Shown here piece after piece: positions 1-9,966 of a stretch of DNA of 64,000 nucleotides (within the stretch, counting starts at the first letter, position 1; each line of letters begins with the position of its first letter). The notes below the pieces were generated by a model that saw nothing but the letters and a program-made list of their open reading frames with translations, searched no databases and was not told the origin of the DNA. Source of the stretch: Bacteroidota bacterium. GTDB lineage: Bacteria > Bacteroidota > Bacteroidia > M30B66. The translations under genes and the position numbers were made by a program. The stretch spans positions 4,221 to 68,220 of the forward strand of contig CANHIS010000007.1 in NCBI GenBank assembly GCA_947460255.1, given 5' to 3'.

Positions 1-396
1 TAGCCAATCAAAAAGAAAAAATTATTTGGCTTAGAAAGTCACTATTTGATATTGATAAATAATCCAAAAGCGCATTTTGTGAGAAGCAACAATAGATGAA
101 CATTACAATCATGCTAATTGTAAAAAAAACAGGCAAAAGTAAACTTCTGTGAATCAATAATTTAGTCAAACATAAATGGAATTTGTAGTCGATTAGTTAA
201 GCAAATGACTTTTGCGACAAACCAACGACTTATAATAATTATTTGTACTCGTTTTAAATCACATCGAATTTCTAATTAATAAAGGCGCTACAGCCATTTC
301 AAACTGGAATTCCTAATTCATATAAAAACAAGAATTAACCACTAAATGAATACTATTTATTAGAAGGAACTTTGCAGGAATTTTCAATTTTAGAAA

Positions 397-2199
397 TTGC
401 CTGTGAAAAAGTACTTTACGTTTCTATTGCTTTGCTACAGCTTTCTGGCAAATGCCCAGCAATTAAATTGGGTATCAACTGCAGGGTATTTGAACCAGGT
501 TGACCTATTTTACGGAGCAATTGAAATTAAAAAAGATCAATTAGGAAACAGTTATTCCTTCGATGTGGTTTCTGGAGAGCAGCAATCACAGGGAAATACG
601 ATACAAGCAGCTACCGCAGGGCTTAATACAATGGTCTACAAATTCGATTCACGTGGGAATTTCATTTCTGGAAATTCGATCGGTGGTAATTTCGACTTTT
701 GCTCTGCAGAAATCGACGAAGCCAACAATCTCTATGTTCTTGGCAATGTGGCGGGAGGTGAATTTGTATATCAAAATGAGACCTACAATTTACAGCAAGG
801 AATTTTCAAACAGGTACTGATTAAATTCGATACCGAAGGTGAATTATTGTGGTTTTACGAAACTGGTTGCTCTGGACTATCAAACGGCTCTTTTTTGGAA
901 TATGTGCAAGGAAAACTTTATTTTCAAAGTCAATTCTCGAGCATCAGTGCAATAGATACTACGGGCATATTAAACAATGTGCTTCCATTTTATTATGAAC
1001 CATATGCTGCTCAAGGAACGAGCACCGACATTCCCTTTCAAGGAAGCAACCATTTTTCAAATGGCGATATCTTATTGGCCGGAATCATTCGTGGCAATGT
1101 ATCGTGGGTAGAAGGTGATACAATTTCATCCAATACAACAGGAAATTCAATCATTCTCACCCGTTTCAGTCAGAACTTCGAACCTATCTGGTCAAAGACC
1201 ATTCCTGCTGTTCAAGATCCACATGGGAAGTACATTCCTGTTACAATCGATTTAAACGACCATGTTTACATAGGCATTGAAGTGGTTGGATCACTCAGTT
1301 TTGGAGAAACAACCTTATCAGGCACCTCTACCATTTATCAGGCTGCCGTACTTTCTTTTAACGCCGATGGATCAGAACGATGGGCAAGTCCTATTGTTTC
1401 TGAAGGCTCTGTTGCCATCAATGCCATCGAAGTTGATCCATTTCACGACCTAATTTGGTGTGCCGGGCTTGTTAATTCCACAGCAACTTTCGGCGACACT
1501 TCCATTGTTATTCCTGCCGATCAAATGGGCAATGGATTTCTTACATCATTGAATTCTTCAGGCCAATTCTTGCATTGTTTCTCGCCAGAGTCGGCTTCGA
1601 TTACAGAAGCAAAAAGTATTTGTATTCCATCTTCAGATCAAATCCTTGTTGGCTTTCGAAATGGAAGTGTTGATCCCTACCTATGGAGTTGCATCAATTT
1701 CCAAAACCAAGGCGGGATGATACTTGCTTCTTATAGAATCGATGCATTTGAACCAATTATTCCCAATGTCATTGTTGATGAAAATACTCTACAGGTAAAT
1801 TTCACTGGAGATATTCAGTGGTTTTTGGATGGCTTACCAATCGACACAGCACAATCGCCAATATTAACCGCATTAAATTCTGGGATTTATAGCGTGCAAT
1901 TAGACTATGCTGGTGACTGTATTGATCCAGTTATGTCGAATCCTATTTCAATTTCAATTGAAAACATCGAATTAACGACAAATTCAGAATTGTATTTGTC
2001 TGTGTTAGACAATAAACTACTGATCTCAAATGCACCATCGGGCTCTGTTTTCAACCTCTATGCAATTGATGGGAAACTAATTAAGTCAGGAGAAATTCAT
2101 TCCAATTATATCGAAGTTGAGTTACTAAATTCAGGTTTATATATTCTACAATTAGAAACTGAGAAAAAATTAAGTATTGGAAAATTTATTGTTCCATAA
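397..2199 (+). CDS. Secreted protein with T9SS type-A C-terminal sorting domain (Por_Secre_tail); function unknown
   Basis: 600 aa ORF. N-terminal signal peptide (MPVKKYFTFLLLCYSFLANAQ). C-terminal ~70 aa match the type-A T9SS CTD pattern (…LYAIDGKLIKSGE…GLYILQLETEKKLSIGKFIV). Body is β-rich with repeats. Confidence 0.8.
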   Translation: MPVKKYFTFLLLCYSFLANAQQLNWVSTAGYLNQVDLFYGAIEIKKDQLGNSYSFDVVSGEQQSQGNTIQAATAGLNTMVYKFDSRGNFISGNSIGGNFDFCSAEIDEANNLYVLGNVAGGEFVYQNETYNLQQGIFKQVLIKFDTEGELLWFYETGCSGLSNGSFLEYVQGKLYFQSQFSSISAIDTTGILNNVLPFYYEPYAAQGTSTDIPFQGSNHFSNGDILLAGIIRGNVSWVEGDTISSNTTGNSIILTRFSQNFEPIWSKTIPAVQDPHGKYIPVTIDLNDHVYIGIEVVGSLSFGETTLSGTSTIYQAAVLSFNADGSERWASPIVSEGSVAINAIEVDPFHDLIWCAGLVNSTATFGDTSIVIPADQMGNGFLTSLNSSGQFLHCFSPESASITEAKSICIPSSDQILVGFRNGSVDPYLWSCINFQNQGGMILASYRIDAFEPIIPNVIVDENTLQVNFTGDIQWFLDGLPIDTAQSPILTALNSGIYSVQLDYAGDCIDPVMSNPISISIENIELTTNSELYLSVLDNKLLISNAPSGSVFNLYAIDGKLIKSGEIHSNYIEVELLNSGLYILQLETEKKLSIGKFIVP

Positions 2200-2403
2200 T
2201 GCAAATTTCATCCTTAGAATTATTCTTCAATAGTTGATACAACAACTCCTAGAATTTGTGATTGGTTGTTTTTTGATTTGAAAATAGTTCGCTGAAAATT
2301 CAGAGTATGAAATTCTAATTGGCTTTATCAAAACGACTTACTTTTATGAATCATCTGATAATTTTAACGAACTAATTGATCTAACCCGACTAATAAAGAA
2401 CTC

Positions 2404-3090
2404 TCAAGAAATATATTTATCTCTCAACAACTGCAGCGATTCTGAATAAGTTTCTGAAATAGGAAATACCCTATTGTTTAATTGTAACTCTTGTTTGGAA
2501 AAGGAATTCACCCATTGTAAATTCACCATATAAGATCTGTGAATCCGAATTACTGAGCTGCCTTGAAGCATTTCCTCCAATTGACGAAAAGTGGCCAAGG
2601 TCATAATGCGTTTATCCTTCAAATGGATTCTTCGGTAATCATCCATTCCTTCGATAAAAAGAATTTCATTAATAAAAATACGCTCCAAACGATTTTCACT
2701 CTTAACCGAAATACTTGGTTTTACTGAATCATTTAAACGTTCCAAAACACGGTCAACAGCGGCTGAAAAGCGCACAAATTGAAAAGGCTTCAGTAAATAA
2801 TCATCAACGTTGAGTTCGTACCCTTTTAATGCATATTCAGGATATGCAGTGGTAATGATGACACGAAATTTCTTTTTGCTTTTCTCCAACAATTCTATTC
2901 CTGAAATTCCACCAATATTGATATCGAGAAATACCAAATCAATTTCTCGTTTCGATAGATATGACAGCGCTTCTATACCATCCACATACGTTCCTACCAA
3001 ATTCAATTCTGGTCGTTTGGAAATGAACTCCTTCATTCGAGATGCCGCCAATGGTTCATCCTCGATAATAATACATTCCAATTTACTCAT
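2404..3090 (-). CDS. LytTR-family response regulator (receiver + LytTR DNA-binding domain)
   Basis: Receiver motifs (IIIEDEP…DLVFLDINIGGISG…DYLLKPF) and a C-terminal LytTR domain (…IHRSYMVNLQWV…). 4-bp overlap with the upstream kinase gene. Confidence 0.9.
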   Translation of the reverse strand: MSKLECIIIEDEPLAASRMKEFISKRPELNLVGTYVDGIEALSYLSKREIDLVFLDINIGGISGIELLEKSKKKFRVIITTAYPEYALKGYELNVDDYLLKPFQFVRFSAAVDRVLERLNDSVKPSISVKSENRLERIFINEILFIEGMDDYRRIHLKDKRIMTLATFRQLEEMLQGSSVIRIHRSYMVNLQWVNSFSKQELQLNNRVFPISETYSESLQLLRDKYIS

Positions 3091-4139
3091 GAAAGCACAT
3101 TTAATTTAACTTCATAATTCGATTCGGTCACAATAACATTCAGCGTAAAATTATCTCCATATAGCAATTGAAGCCGTTTTTCAATTAACTCATTGCCTAA
3201 GCCTCCTGATTTATTATCCGTTATTCGATTGGAAATTCGGTTTATACAATTGAAATAAATTCGACCACTTTCGAATAACAAATTGATCCTCACAGCACCG
3301 GATTCTCTCACGTGTTCTGCATGTTTAAAAGCATTTTCGATAAATGGAATTAAGGTCATCGGAGCTAGCAGATGATTCGACCAATCTCCACTTAATTCAA
3401 AAATGACAAAGTCCGAAATATCGGTACGTAATTTCTGCAATTCAATATATTGTTGAATGTAATTGATTTCCACTCCTGCATCCACCCGTTCATCTTTGCT
3501 TTCATACAACATATATCGCATCATTTCTGATAACTTAACTAAACATTCGGATGCTCGTTGAGGATCTTGCGTAATCATCACATCAATGTTGTTAATTGTA
3601 TTGAATAAAAAGTGAGGATTTAACTGCGCTCTAACCAGCTCCATTTCTACCTGCTTGTTTTTATCCATCAATTGCTCCTTCACCAAAATATCATCATAAG
3701 AAGCAATAAATCCGCGCATCACAACGCCGATAACTCCATTGATTAGAATAACAAATGATAAAAACAATATTTGAGAAAATGCCACATCCAATGAAAATGC
3801 CGATAAATGCCATTCATCAAAAACTATAAATGCCAATAATTGAGAGAAAACAGCTCCAATGAGCATGATCGAAATCATGAACATAAAAAACCGCTTGATC
3901 TTTCTTTTTTGAATAAATCGTGGAAATAAATAACTGTATCCACCATAAAAACCAATGATTCCGGGAATCAATGCAAATAACGATACGCCTTGAAACCATC
4001 CCCAAAACATCGATTTCATGCTCAAATCGCTGCGTCCTTCAACGTTCAATGCAAACGTTAACAGAAAAAACATAAAGAGCAGCAACAGGTACATGAACCA
4101 ATACCCTGCATTTAAAGCTACTTTCACCCAATTCTTCAT
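3087..4139 (-). CDS. Membrane sensor histidine kinase, LytS/YehU (His_kinase PF06580-type) family
   Basis: N-terminal multi-TM region. NPHFLFNTINNI motif typical of the LytS-type kinase core, plus an ATPase region (…GGLGNELIEKRL…). ATGA overlap with the response regulator. Confidence 0.85.
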   Translation of the reverse strand: MKNWVKVALNAGYWFMYLLLLFMFFLLTFALNVEGRSDLSMKSMFWGWFQGVSLFALIPGIIGFYGGYSYLFPRFIQKRKIKRFFMFMISIMLIGAVFSQLLAFIVFDEWHLSAFSLDVAFSQILFLSFVILINGVIGVVMRGFIASYDDILVKEQLMDKNKQVEMELVRAQLNPHFLFNTINNIDVMITQDPQRASECLVKLSEMMRYMLYESKDERVDAGVEINYIQQYIELQKLRTDISDFVIFELSGDWSNHLLAPMTLIPFIENAFKHAEHVRESGAVRINLLFESGRIYFNCINRISNRITDNKSGGLGNELIEKRLQLLYGDNFTLNVIVTESNYEVKLNVLS

Positions 4140-4141
4140 GC

Positions 4142-4921
4142 TTATCCTCTTTGGTTTCTAAAGGTAAAATTCAACAACGACAAACCTGTAATCACGATAA
4201 AAAATAGCAGCGAAAAAACATTTAATTCCACATCTATTGCAAGGATTGAATGCCCCGACAATTCGAAAAATTGATAAAAATTATGGGTGTATGGAATGAA
4301 ATATCCGAATTCCCAACGAATTAAAAACAAGGATAAAATTACCATCGCCAAACCGGAACCAATTGAAATTAAAAAATTACCGAAACGTAAGCTAATCCAA
4401 TATTGCAGCGCAACAACCGGTAAACTGCTGAGATAAAACAACAAACTTGTTTTTATGTATTTCATCCAAGGAATTGAAGCAGGAGGATAGGGTAAATCGG
4501 AATTTAACCATGTAGCAAGATAAGGCTCCACAATTAATCCCAGATTGAAAATGAGAAAAAACTGTAACAACATTACCAGAATGACTAATAATTTCATTCC
4601 GAAGATTGACGGCATCGACTGTGGCGTTACACACACCTGTTTCCAAGCATTGCTCTTGAATTCTAATTGTGCAATTAAACTGGTAGCCAAGATCACCCCA
4701 AAAGGGAGCAGCAATGGACCAGTTGATTCCCAAGCTTGCACCAAAATAGCATCCCAATATTTATCGCCCAATGCCAGTGTAGATAAGCTCTGAGGTTTAA
4801 ATACTTGGATGATCAGAAAAATCAAAGGAATAAACATTCCACCAGCAATTACCAGCCAAGATGCTGCACTGCGGCGGGTTTTGAGCCATTCGCTCCTGAA
4901 TTTATAAATGAACATTTTCAT
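4142..4921 (-). CDS. ABC-2 type transporter permease
   Basis: 259 aa, about 6 predicted TM helices, no soluble domain. Lies immediately between the ABC ATPase and the kinase on the same strand with 2-3 bp gaps. Confidence 0.7.
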   Translation of the reverse strand: MKMFIYKFRSEWLKTRRSAASWLVIAGGMFIPLIFLIIQVFKPQSLSTLALGDKYWDAILVQAWESTGPLLLPFGVILATSLIAQLEFKSNAWKQVCVTPQSMPSIFGMKLLVILVMLLQFFLIFNLGLIVEPYLATWLNSDLPYPPASIPWMKYIKTSLLFYLSSLPVVALQYWISLRFGNFLISIGSGLAMVILSLFLIRWEFGYFIPYTHNFYQFFELSGHSILAIDVELNVFSLLFFIVITGLSLLNFTFRNQRG

Positions 4922-4923
4922 GG

Positions 4924-5823
4924 TTATGCATGGGTTAAATGAAGAAATACTGATTCCAAATCTTGTGTTTGAGGCACCACTGAATACACATGAATATTCT
5001 GGTCGTTTAATATCTTATTTGCCCTCGCAATTTTTTCAGGTTGTGCTTGATGCAATTCGAACGTCTGAGGAGAAATTAAGATGAATTGTTCGTTATCAAG
5101 CAACTTCTGTGCAGCCAAGGCATCTGAGACTTCAAATTTCACCCCTGCTTTTTGTCGAATGGCATCCAATTCCTGCACTGTTCCTTGAAACTGAAATGCG
5201 CCGTGATGAATCACACCAACATGGGTCACAATCTTCTCCACTTCAGCCAAAATATGGCTCGACACCAATATCGTAATGCCATGTTGTTGATTCAGATTTC
5301 TGATCAATTCCCGCAATTCGATCATCCCATTGGGATCCAATCCGTTTGAAGGCTCATCCAAAATCAACAAACGCGGTTCGTGCAACAAGGCTACTGCCAA
5401 GGCCAAACGCTGCTTCATACCGAGCGAGAACTTCTCCACTTTCTTCGAACCCACATCTCCCAATCCTACTTGATGCAAAACTTCCTGCATTCTGCTCGAC
5501 TTACAAGCATAAACCAATTGGTAAATCTTCAGGTTTTCGAAAGCAGTTAAATGCAGGTACAGCGACGGACTTTCAATCAACGAGCCGATACGAGAAAGAA
5601 TGTAATTCCGATCCCGATCCATGGTTTTCCCAAGAATTCGCACTTCGCCTTCCTGCTTTTTCAATAAACCAAGCAGGATGCGCAGCGTGGTGGTTTTCCC
5701 AGCGCCATTAGGTCCTAAAAATCCATAAACCGAACCTTCAGGAACCTGAAGATTGAGTTGGTTCACCGCAATTTCACCAGAGGGAAATCGGTGTGTGAGC
5801 TGATGTGTTTCGATACTAAGCAT
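4924..5823 (-). CDS. ABC transporter ATP-binding protein
   Basis: Walker A (GPNGAGKTT), ABC signature (FSLGMKQRLALA), Walker B (LLILDEP), H-loop. Confidence 0.92.
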   Translation of the reverse strand: MLSIETHQLTHRFPSGEIAVNQLNLQVPEGSVYGFLGPNGAGKTTTLRILLGLLKKQEGEVRILGKTMDRDRNYILSRIGSLIESPSLYLHLTAFENLKIYQLVYACKSSRMQEVLHQVGLGDVGSKKVEKFSLGMKQRLALAVALLHEPRLLILDEPSNGLDPNGMIELRELIRNLNQQHGITILVSSHILAEVEKIVTHVGVIHHGAFQFQGTVQELDAIRQKAGVKFEVSDALAAQKLLDNEQFILISPQTFELHQAQPEKIARANKILNDQNIHVYSVVPQTQDLESVFLHLTHA

Positions 5824-5882
5824 GAGGCAAAAGTATCAGCCTCCAAAAAGGCTTGAAGAAACAATCGGTAAAACGGGTATTT

Positions 5883-5970
5883 GAATCGGTGAATGGCTAA
5901 AATCTGGTGTTTTTCAAGTCAGCACATATTCACCGCATTTTTGCGGCGATTAATCCCAACATTCACCGCA
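5883..5970. promoter_or_regulatory. Candidate operator: two direct copies of ATTCACCGCAT (33 bp apart) plus an upstream inverted partial copy (CGGTGAAT), 60-140 bp upstream of the ABC/TCS operon start
   Basis: Read directly in the sequence: 5927-5937 and 5960-5970 are identical 11-mers. 5886-5893 is the reverse-complement core. Confidence 0.35.
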
Positions 5971-6100
5971 TATCTTTCAAAACATCAGATCCCACAAGGC
6001 TTTCAGGAAATTACAATCTGCTGCCAATAAAGCACAATGCTTCCGTAAAGCTCATCTTCTGATCAGCTTCCCCTACTCGTTTCAATTAAATTCAGAATGT

Positions 6101-8146
6101 TTATCGAACCTCCGCGCCTGGATTTACCGATTCATTCGGCTGCACAAACTTCAATTTACCATCAGAATCTTCAGCCATCAGAATCATGCCCTGCGACTCG
6201 ATGCCACGGATTTTTCGAGGCTCTAAGTTCATCAACACACTCACTTGCTGACCTACAATATTCTCCGGCGCAAAATGTTCTGCAATGCCCGAAACCACTG
6301 TGCGTTTGTCGACGCCGGTATCTACCAAAAGCTTCAACAATTTATCTGCTTTCGGCACGCGCTCGGCCTCGAGGATGGTTCCCACGCGGATGTCCATCTT
6401 CATGAAATCATCGTACGAAATGGCGTCTTTCACTGGTTTATGAGAAGTTTCGGTTGTTTGATGTGCTGCTTTAGATGCTTCCAACTTGGCAACTTGCGCT
6501 TCCACTTCGGCATCTTCAATTTTCTTGTACAAAATCTCCGGTAAGCCCAACTGATGCCCAACTGGCAAACTGGTTACCATGAGATCGTTCCAGCCAAATT
6601 GCGCTGGAAGGTTCAACATCCGGCGAAGCCGCGCACTGGTATCTGGCAAAAAGGGCGACAAAGCCACAGAGAGCCTTGATACAATGTCGATGCTGTAAGC
6701 TATGATGCCCGCCACTTCGTCGCGCTGGGTTTCCAAATTCAGCTTCCAAGGTTGCGCATCGGCCAAGTACTTATTCCCTGAACGGGCTAAGTTCAAGGTT
6801 TCGAACAATGCCTGACGGAATTCGTATCCTTCAATCAATTCGGGCACTTTAGAGAAAATGTTCGAGGTGGCAGTTTCAACTTCATCCACCACTTGGAAGG
6901 TTGACGCTGGAACTTTTCCTTCGAAATACTTGTGGGTGAGCACCATCACACGGTTCACGAAATTGCCCAGAATATCTGCCAATTCATTGTTCACGCGCGC
7001 TTGGTAATCTTTCCAGCTAAAGTCGCTGTCTTTGGTTTCTGGCGCAATCGAGGTGAGCACGTATCTAAGCTCATCCCGCCTGCCGGGAAAATCCTGCAAA
7101 TATTCGTGCAACCACACTGCCCAATTGCGGGAAGTTGAAATCTTGTCGCCTTCTAAATTCAAAAATTCGTTGGCAGGCACATTTTCAGGCAAAATGAAAT
7201 CTCCATGTGCTTTCAGAATCGCCGGAAAAATGATGCAATGGAAGACAATGTTGTCTTTCCCGATGAAATGGATCAAATTGCTTTCATCACTTTGCCACCA
7301 AGGCTTCCAGTCCTTGCCTTCGCGCTCGGCCCATTCGCGGGTAGCTGAAATGTATCCGATCGGTGCATCAAACCACACGTAAAGCACTTTTCCTTCTTCG
7401 CCTTCCAAAGGAACTTTCACGCCCCAATCCAAATCTCTGGTGATCGCACGAGGCTGCAAACCTTGGTCGAGCCACGATTTGCACTGCCCATATACATTCG
7501 ATTTCCAATCGTCTTTCTTGGTCAGCATCCAGTCGTTGATCCACTCTTGTTGGTAACGATCCAAAGCCAAAAACCAGTGTTTCGTTTGCTTTTTCACGGG
7601 CGCCAAACCACTGAGCTTCGATTTGGGATTGATCAAATCCGAAGGACTCAACGATTTCCCACATTTTTCGCACTGATCTCCGTAGGCATTGTCGTTGCCG
7701 CAATTCGGACAAGTTCCAACAATGTAACGATCCGCCAAGAAGGTTTGCTCCTGCTCGTCGAAATACTGTTCGGTGCTTTGCTCGGTGAATTCTCCTTTGT
7801 TGTAAAGATTCAAGAAAAACTCCTGAGCTGTTTCGTGGTGAATCGGCGCTGAAGTGCGAGAATATACATCGAATGAAATTCCTAAATCGCGGAACGCATC
7901 GCCCATCAATTTGTGGTATTTATCCACCACATCTTGGGGCGAAATGCCTTCATTGCGGGCTTTCAACGTAATGGGCACGCCATGTTCGTCGGATCCGCAA
8001 ATAAACAGCACATCCTTGCCCGTGAGGCGCAAGAACCGCACAAATGTATCGGCAGGAATGTAACATCCCGCCAGGTGGCCAATGTGTACTGGTCCGTTTG
8101 CGTAGGGCAACGCGGCAGTTACAGTATAGCGTTTAGGAGATTTCAA
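6101..8146 (-). CDS. metG: Methionine--tRNA ligase (MetRS) with C-terminal tRNA-binding (EMAP-like) domain
   Basis: HIGH motif (PVHIGHLAG). Zn-knuckle (CPNCGN…CEKCG). KMSKS-like (KISTSRN). The C-terminal ~100 aa tRNA-binding domain ends PGAEVR. The ORF track extends the 5' end into lpdA. I placed the start at the in-frame TTG at 8146 ([18 protein letters not shown]…), and that start call is uncertain. Confidence 0.85.
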   Translation of the reverse strand: MKSPKRYTVTAALPYANGPVHIGHLAGCYIPADTFVRFLRLTGKDVLFICGSDEHGVPITLKARNEGISPQDVVDKYHKLMGDAFRDLGISFDVYSRTSAPIHHETAQEFFLNLYNKGEFTEQSTEQYFDEQEQTFLADRYIVGTCPNCGNDNAYGDQCEKCGKSLSPSDLINPKSKLSGLAPVKKQTKHWFLALDRYQQEWINDWMLTKKDDWKSNVYGQCKSWLDQGLQPRAITRDLDWGVKVPLEGEEGKVLYVWFDAPIGYISATREWAEREGKDWKPWWQSDESNLIHFIGKDNIVFHCIIFPAILKAHGDFILPENVPANEFLNLEGDKISTSRNWAVWLHEYLQDFPGRRDELRYVLTSIAPETKDSDFSWKDYQARVNNELADILGNFVNRVMVLTHKYFEGKVPASTFQVVDEVETATSNIFSKVPELIEGYEFRQALFETLNLARSGNKYLADAQPWKLNLETQRDEVAGIIAYSIDIVSRLSVALSPFLPDTSARLRRMLNLPAQFGWNDLMVTSLPVGHQLGLPEILYKKIEDAEVEAQVAKLEASKAAHQTTETSHKPVKDAISYDDFMKMDIRVGTILEAERVPKADKLLKLLVDTGVDKRTVVSGIAEHFAPENIVGQQVSVLMNLEPRKIRGIESQGMILMAEDSDGKLKFVQPNESVNPGAEVR

Positions 8147-8165
8147 TGTGGCGAATTTTCTAATA

Positions 8166-9572
8166 TCAAATGTGCAATGCACGGTTATCGGTGGCAGCCA
8201 ATGCCGCTTCACGGAACGATTCGGTGAAGGTTGGATGGGCATGCGAAATGCGGGCAATATCTTCGGCTGATGCACGGAATTCCATCGCCACAACAGCTTC
8301 GGCAATCATGTCGGCAACACGAGGACCAATCATGTGAACACCCAAAATTTCATCTGTAGTTGAATCGGCCAATACCTTTACCAATCCATCGGTATCCATA
8401 CTTGCGCGTGCTCTTCCTGATGCTTTGAAAGGAAATGAACCCGATTTGTATGCACGTTTTTGCTCTTTCAACTGCTCTTCTGTATAGCCTACAGATGCCA
8501 CTTCAGGCCAAGTGTACACTACATTTGGAATCAGCAGATGGTTGATGTGCGGATGTTGACCAGCCATCAATTCGGCAACGAAAACGCCTTCTTCCTCAGC
8601 CTTGTGTGCCAGCATTGCACCACGCACCACGTCGCCAATGGCGTAGATGCCTGGAACAGCCGTTTCGCAGTTTTCGTTCACAGGAATTCTTCCGCGTTCA
8701 TCGGCTGCTAAGCCCGCTTTTTCGAGGTTCAAGCCATCGGTATATGGACGACGACCCGTTGAAACAAGCACATAATCGCCTTTGAGGGTAATTTCTTTGT
8801 TGTCTTTGAGCGACACAGCTTTTACTGTAGCCGTTTTGCCTTTGGCAGAAGCTTCAGTGACTTTGTGTTGCATGTAGAATTCGAAACCAAGTTTTTGCAA
8901 CGATTTCTGCAATTCTTTCGATAACACGCGGTCGAAAGCGCCCACAATGGCATCGGTATATTCAACCACCGAGATTTTAGCGCCCAAACGTGCGTAAACT
9001 GAACCCATTTCCATCCCAATAACACCACCACCAATAATGATCATGTGTTCAGGAACTGCTGGCAAATTCAATGCTTCGGTAGATGTAATGATGCGTTTTT
9101 TATCGATTGTTACACCTGGCACCGACGATGGTTTTGAACCTGTTGCGATGACCACTTTCTTGGCTTCCACTTTTTCAACCGAACCGTCGGCAGCAGTAAT
9201 AGCAACAACGTTTTTAGATTCGAAAGCACCATGTCCGCGGAGCACAGTAATTTTATTTTTCTTCATCAAAAAATCGATGCCTGCGGTAGTTTGTTTCACC
9301 ACATCATCTTTGCGTTTCACCATTTGCGGGAGGTTCACCTTGAGGTTACTCAGTTCGATGCCGTGCTCGGTGAATGTATGTGCAGCGTTGTGGTAATGTT
9401 CGGAAGAATCGAGCATGGCTTTCGACGGGATGCAGCCCACATTGAGGCAGGTACCGCCAAGCGTACTATATTTTTCAACCAAAGCGGTCTTCATACCAAG
9501 CTGGGCGCAGCGAATGGCTGCAACATAACCACCGGGACCAGATCCTATTATTACTACGTCGAATGCGTTCAT
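8166..9572 (-). CDS. lpdA: Dihydrolipoyl dehydrogenase (E3 component)
   Basis: FAD-binding GSGPGGY. Redox-active disulfide ([13 protein letters not shown]). NAD-binding [10 protein letters not shown]. Active-site HAHPT. Confidence 0.93.
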   Translation of the reverse strand: MNAFDVVIIGSGPGGYVAAIRCAQLGMKTALVEKYSTLGGTCLNVGCIPSKAMLDSSEHYHNAAHTFTEHGIELSNLKVNLPQMVKRKDDVVKQTTAGIDFLMKKNKITVLRGHGAFESKNVVAITAADGSVEKVEAKKVVIATGSKPSSVPGVTIDKKRIITSTEALNLPAVPEHMIIIGGGVIGMEMGSVYARLGAKISVVEYTDAIVGAFDRVLSKELQKSLQKLGFEFYMQHKVTEASAKGKTATVKAVSLKDNKEITLKGDYVLVSTGRRPYTDGLNLEKAGLAADERGRIPVNENCETAVPGIYAIGDVVRGAMLAHKAEEEGVFVAELMAGQHPHINHLLIPNVVYTWPEVASVGYTEEQLKEQKRAYKSGSFPFKASGRARASMDTDGLVKVLADSTTDEILGVHMIGPRVADMIAEAVVAMEFRASAEDIARISHAHPTFTESFREAALAATDNRALHI

Positions 9573-9599
9573 GAGATTTTCTGTAAAATGCGCTGCAAA

Positions 9600-9930
9600 T
9601 GTAACGGTTTTTCGGTTTTGGGCCCCGGCCCGGTCGGCATTCGGAACGGTAATTTCATTCGGGCGGGCCGCCGGGTGCTTCGCGGTAGTTTTCCGCTTCG
9701 CTCCAAAGCTACCTAGCTGCGCCCCCTGGTCCGGGCTGCAGAGAAAAATGGGGCATTTGGGTGAATTTTAGCCCCGGACTCAAGTCTGGGGCTGCATGGA
9801 CACCTCTCTCCCTAGCCCTCTCTCCACCAGAGAGAGGGGATTGATCCCGGTAGTGATGAACGTCATGGTACAAATGGGAGCCTTTGATTATATGTAAAGA
9901 CACAAGTGATTCGCGAAGCAGTGCCCTCTC
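9600..9930. other. GC-rich (>60% GC), hairpin-dense intergenic element; candidate structured ncRNA or leader (most likely on the - strand, between xth and lpdA)
   Basis: Strong compositional break from the AT-rich flanks. Several near-perfect stem-loops (e.g. GTCCGGGCT…AGCCCCGGAC at 9729-9779, CCCTCTCTCC-ACC-AGAGAGAGGG at 9816-9839). No credible ORF. Confidence 0.35.
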
Positions 9931-9966
9931 AAGACTAAAGACTAAAGACTAAGTACTCAAGACTAA
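9931..9966. repeat. Tandem heptamer repeat (AGACTAA)n (TTAGTCT on the - strand), 4-5 copies, immediately 3' of the xth stop
   Basis: aagactaaagactaaagactaagtactcaagactaa. The - strand reading gives TAG stops in all three frames. Confidence 0.8.

Noticed and set aside
4392-4793. ORFs nested in or antisense to the ABC-2 permease (121 aa on -, 82 aa on +) and many similar 60-150-aa ORFs antisense to secA, the adhesins, the kinases, metG and lpdA
   Set aside because: All lie entirely within longer, motif-supported genes, have low-complexity or Cys/Arg-skewed translations and no start context. They are treated as frame artefacts.
9571-9903. Two short ORFs (66 aa on +, 64 aa on -) inside the GC-rich intergenic element
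   Set aside because: Gly/Ala/Arg/Pro-rich translations are typical of random GC-rich DNA. They mirror each other on opposite strands, have no start context, and the region is better explained as a structured non-coding element.
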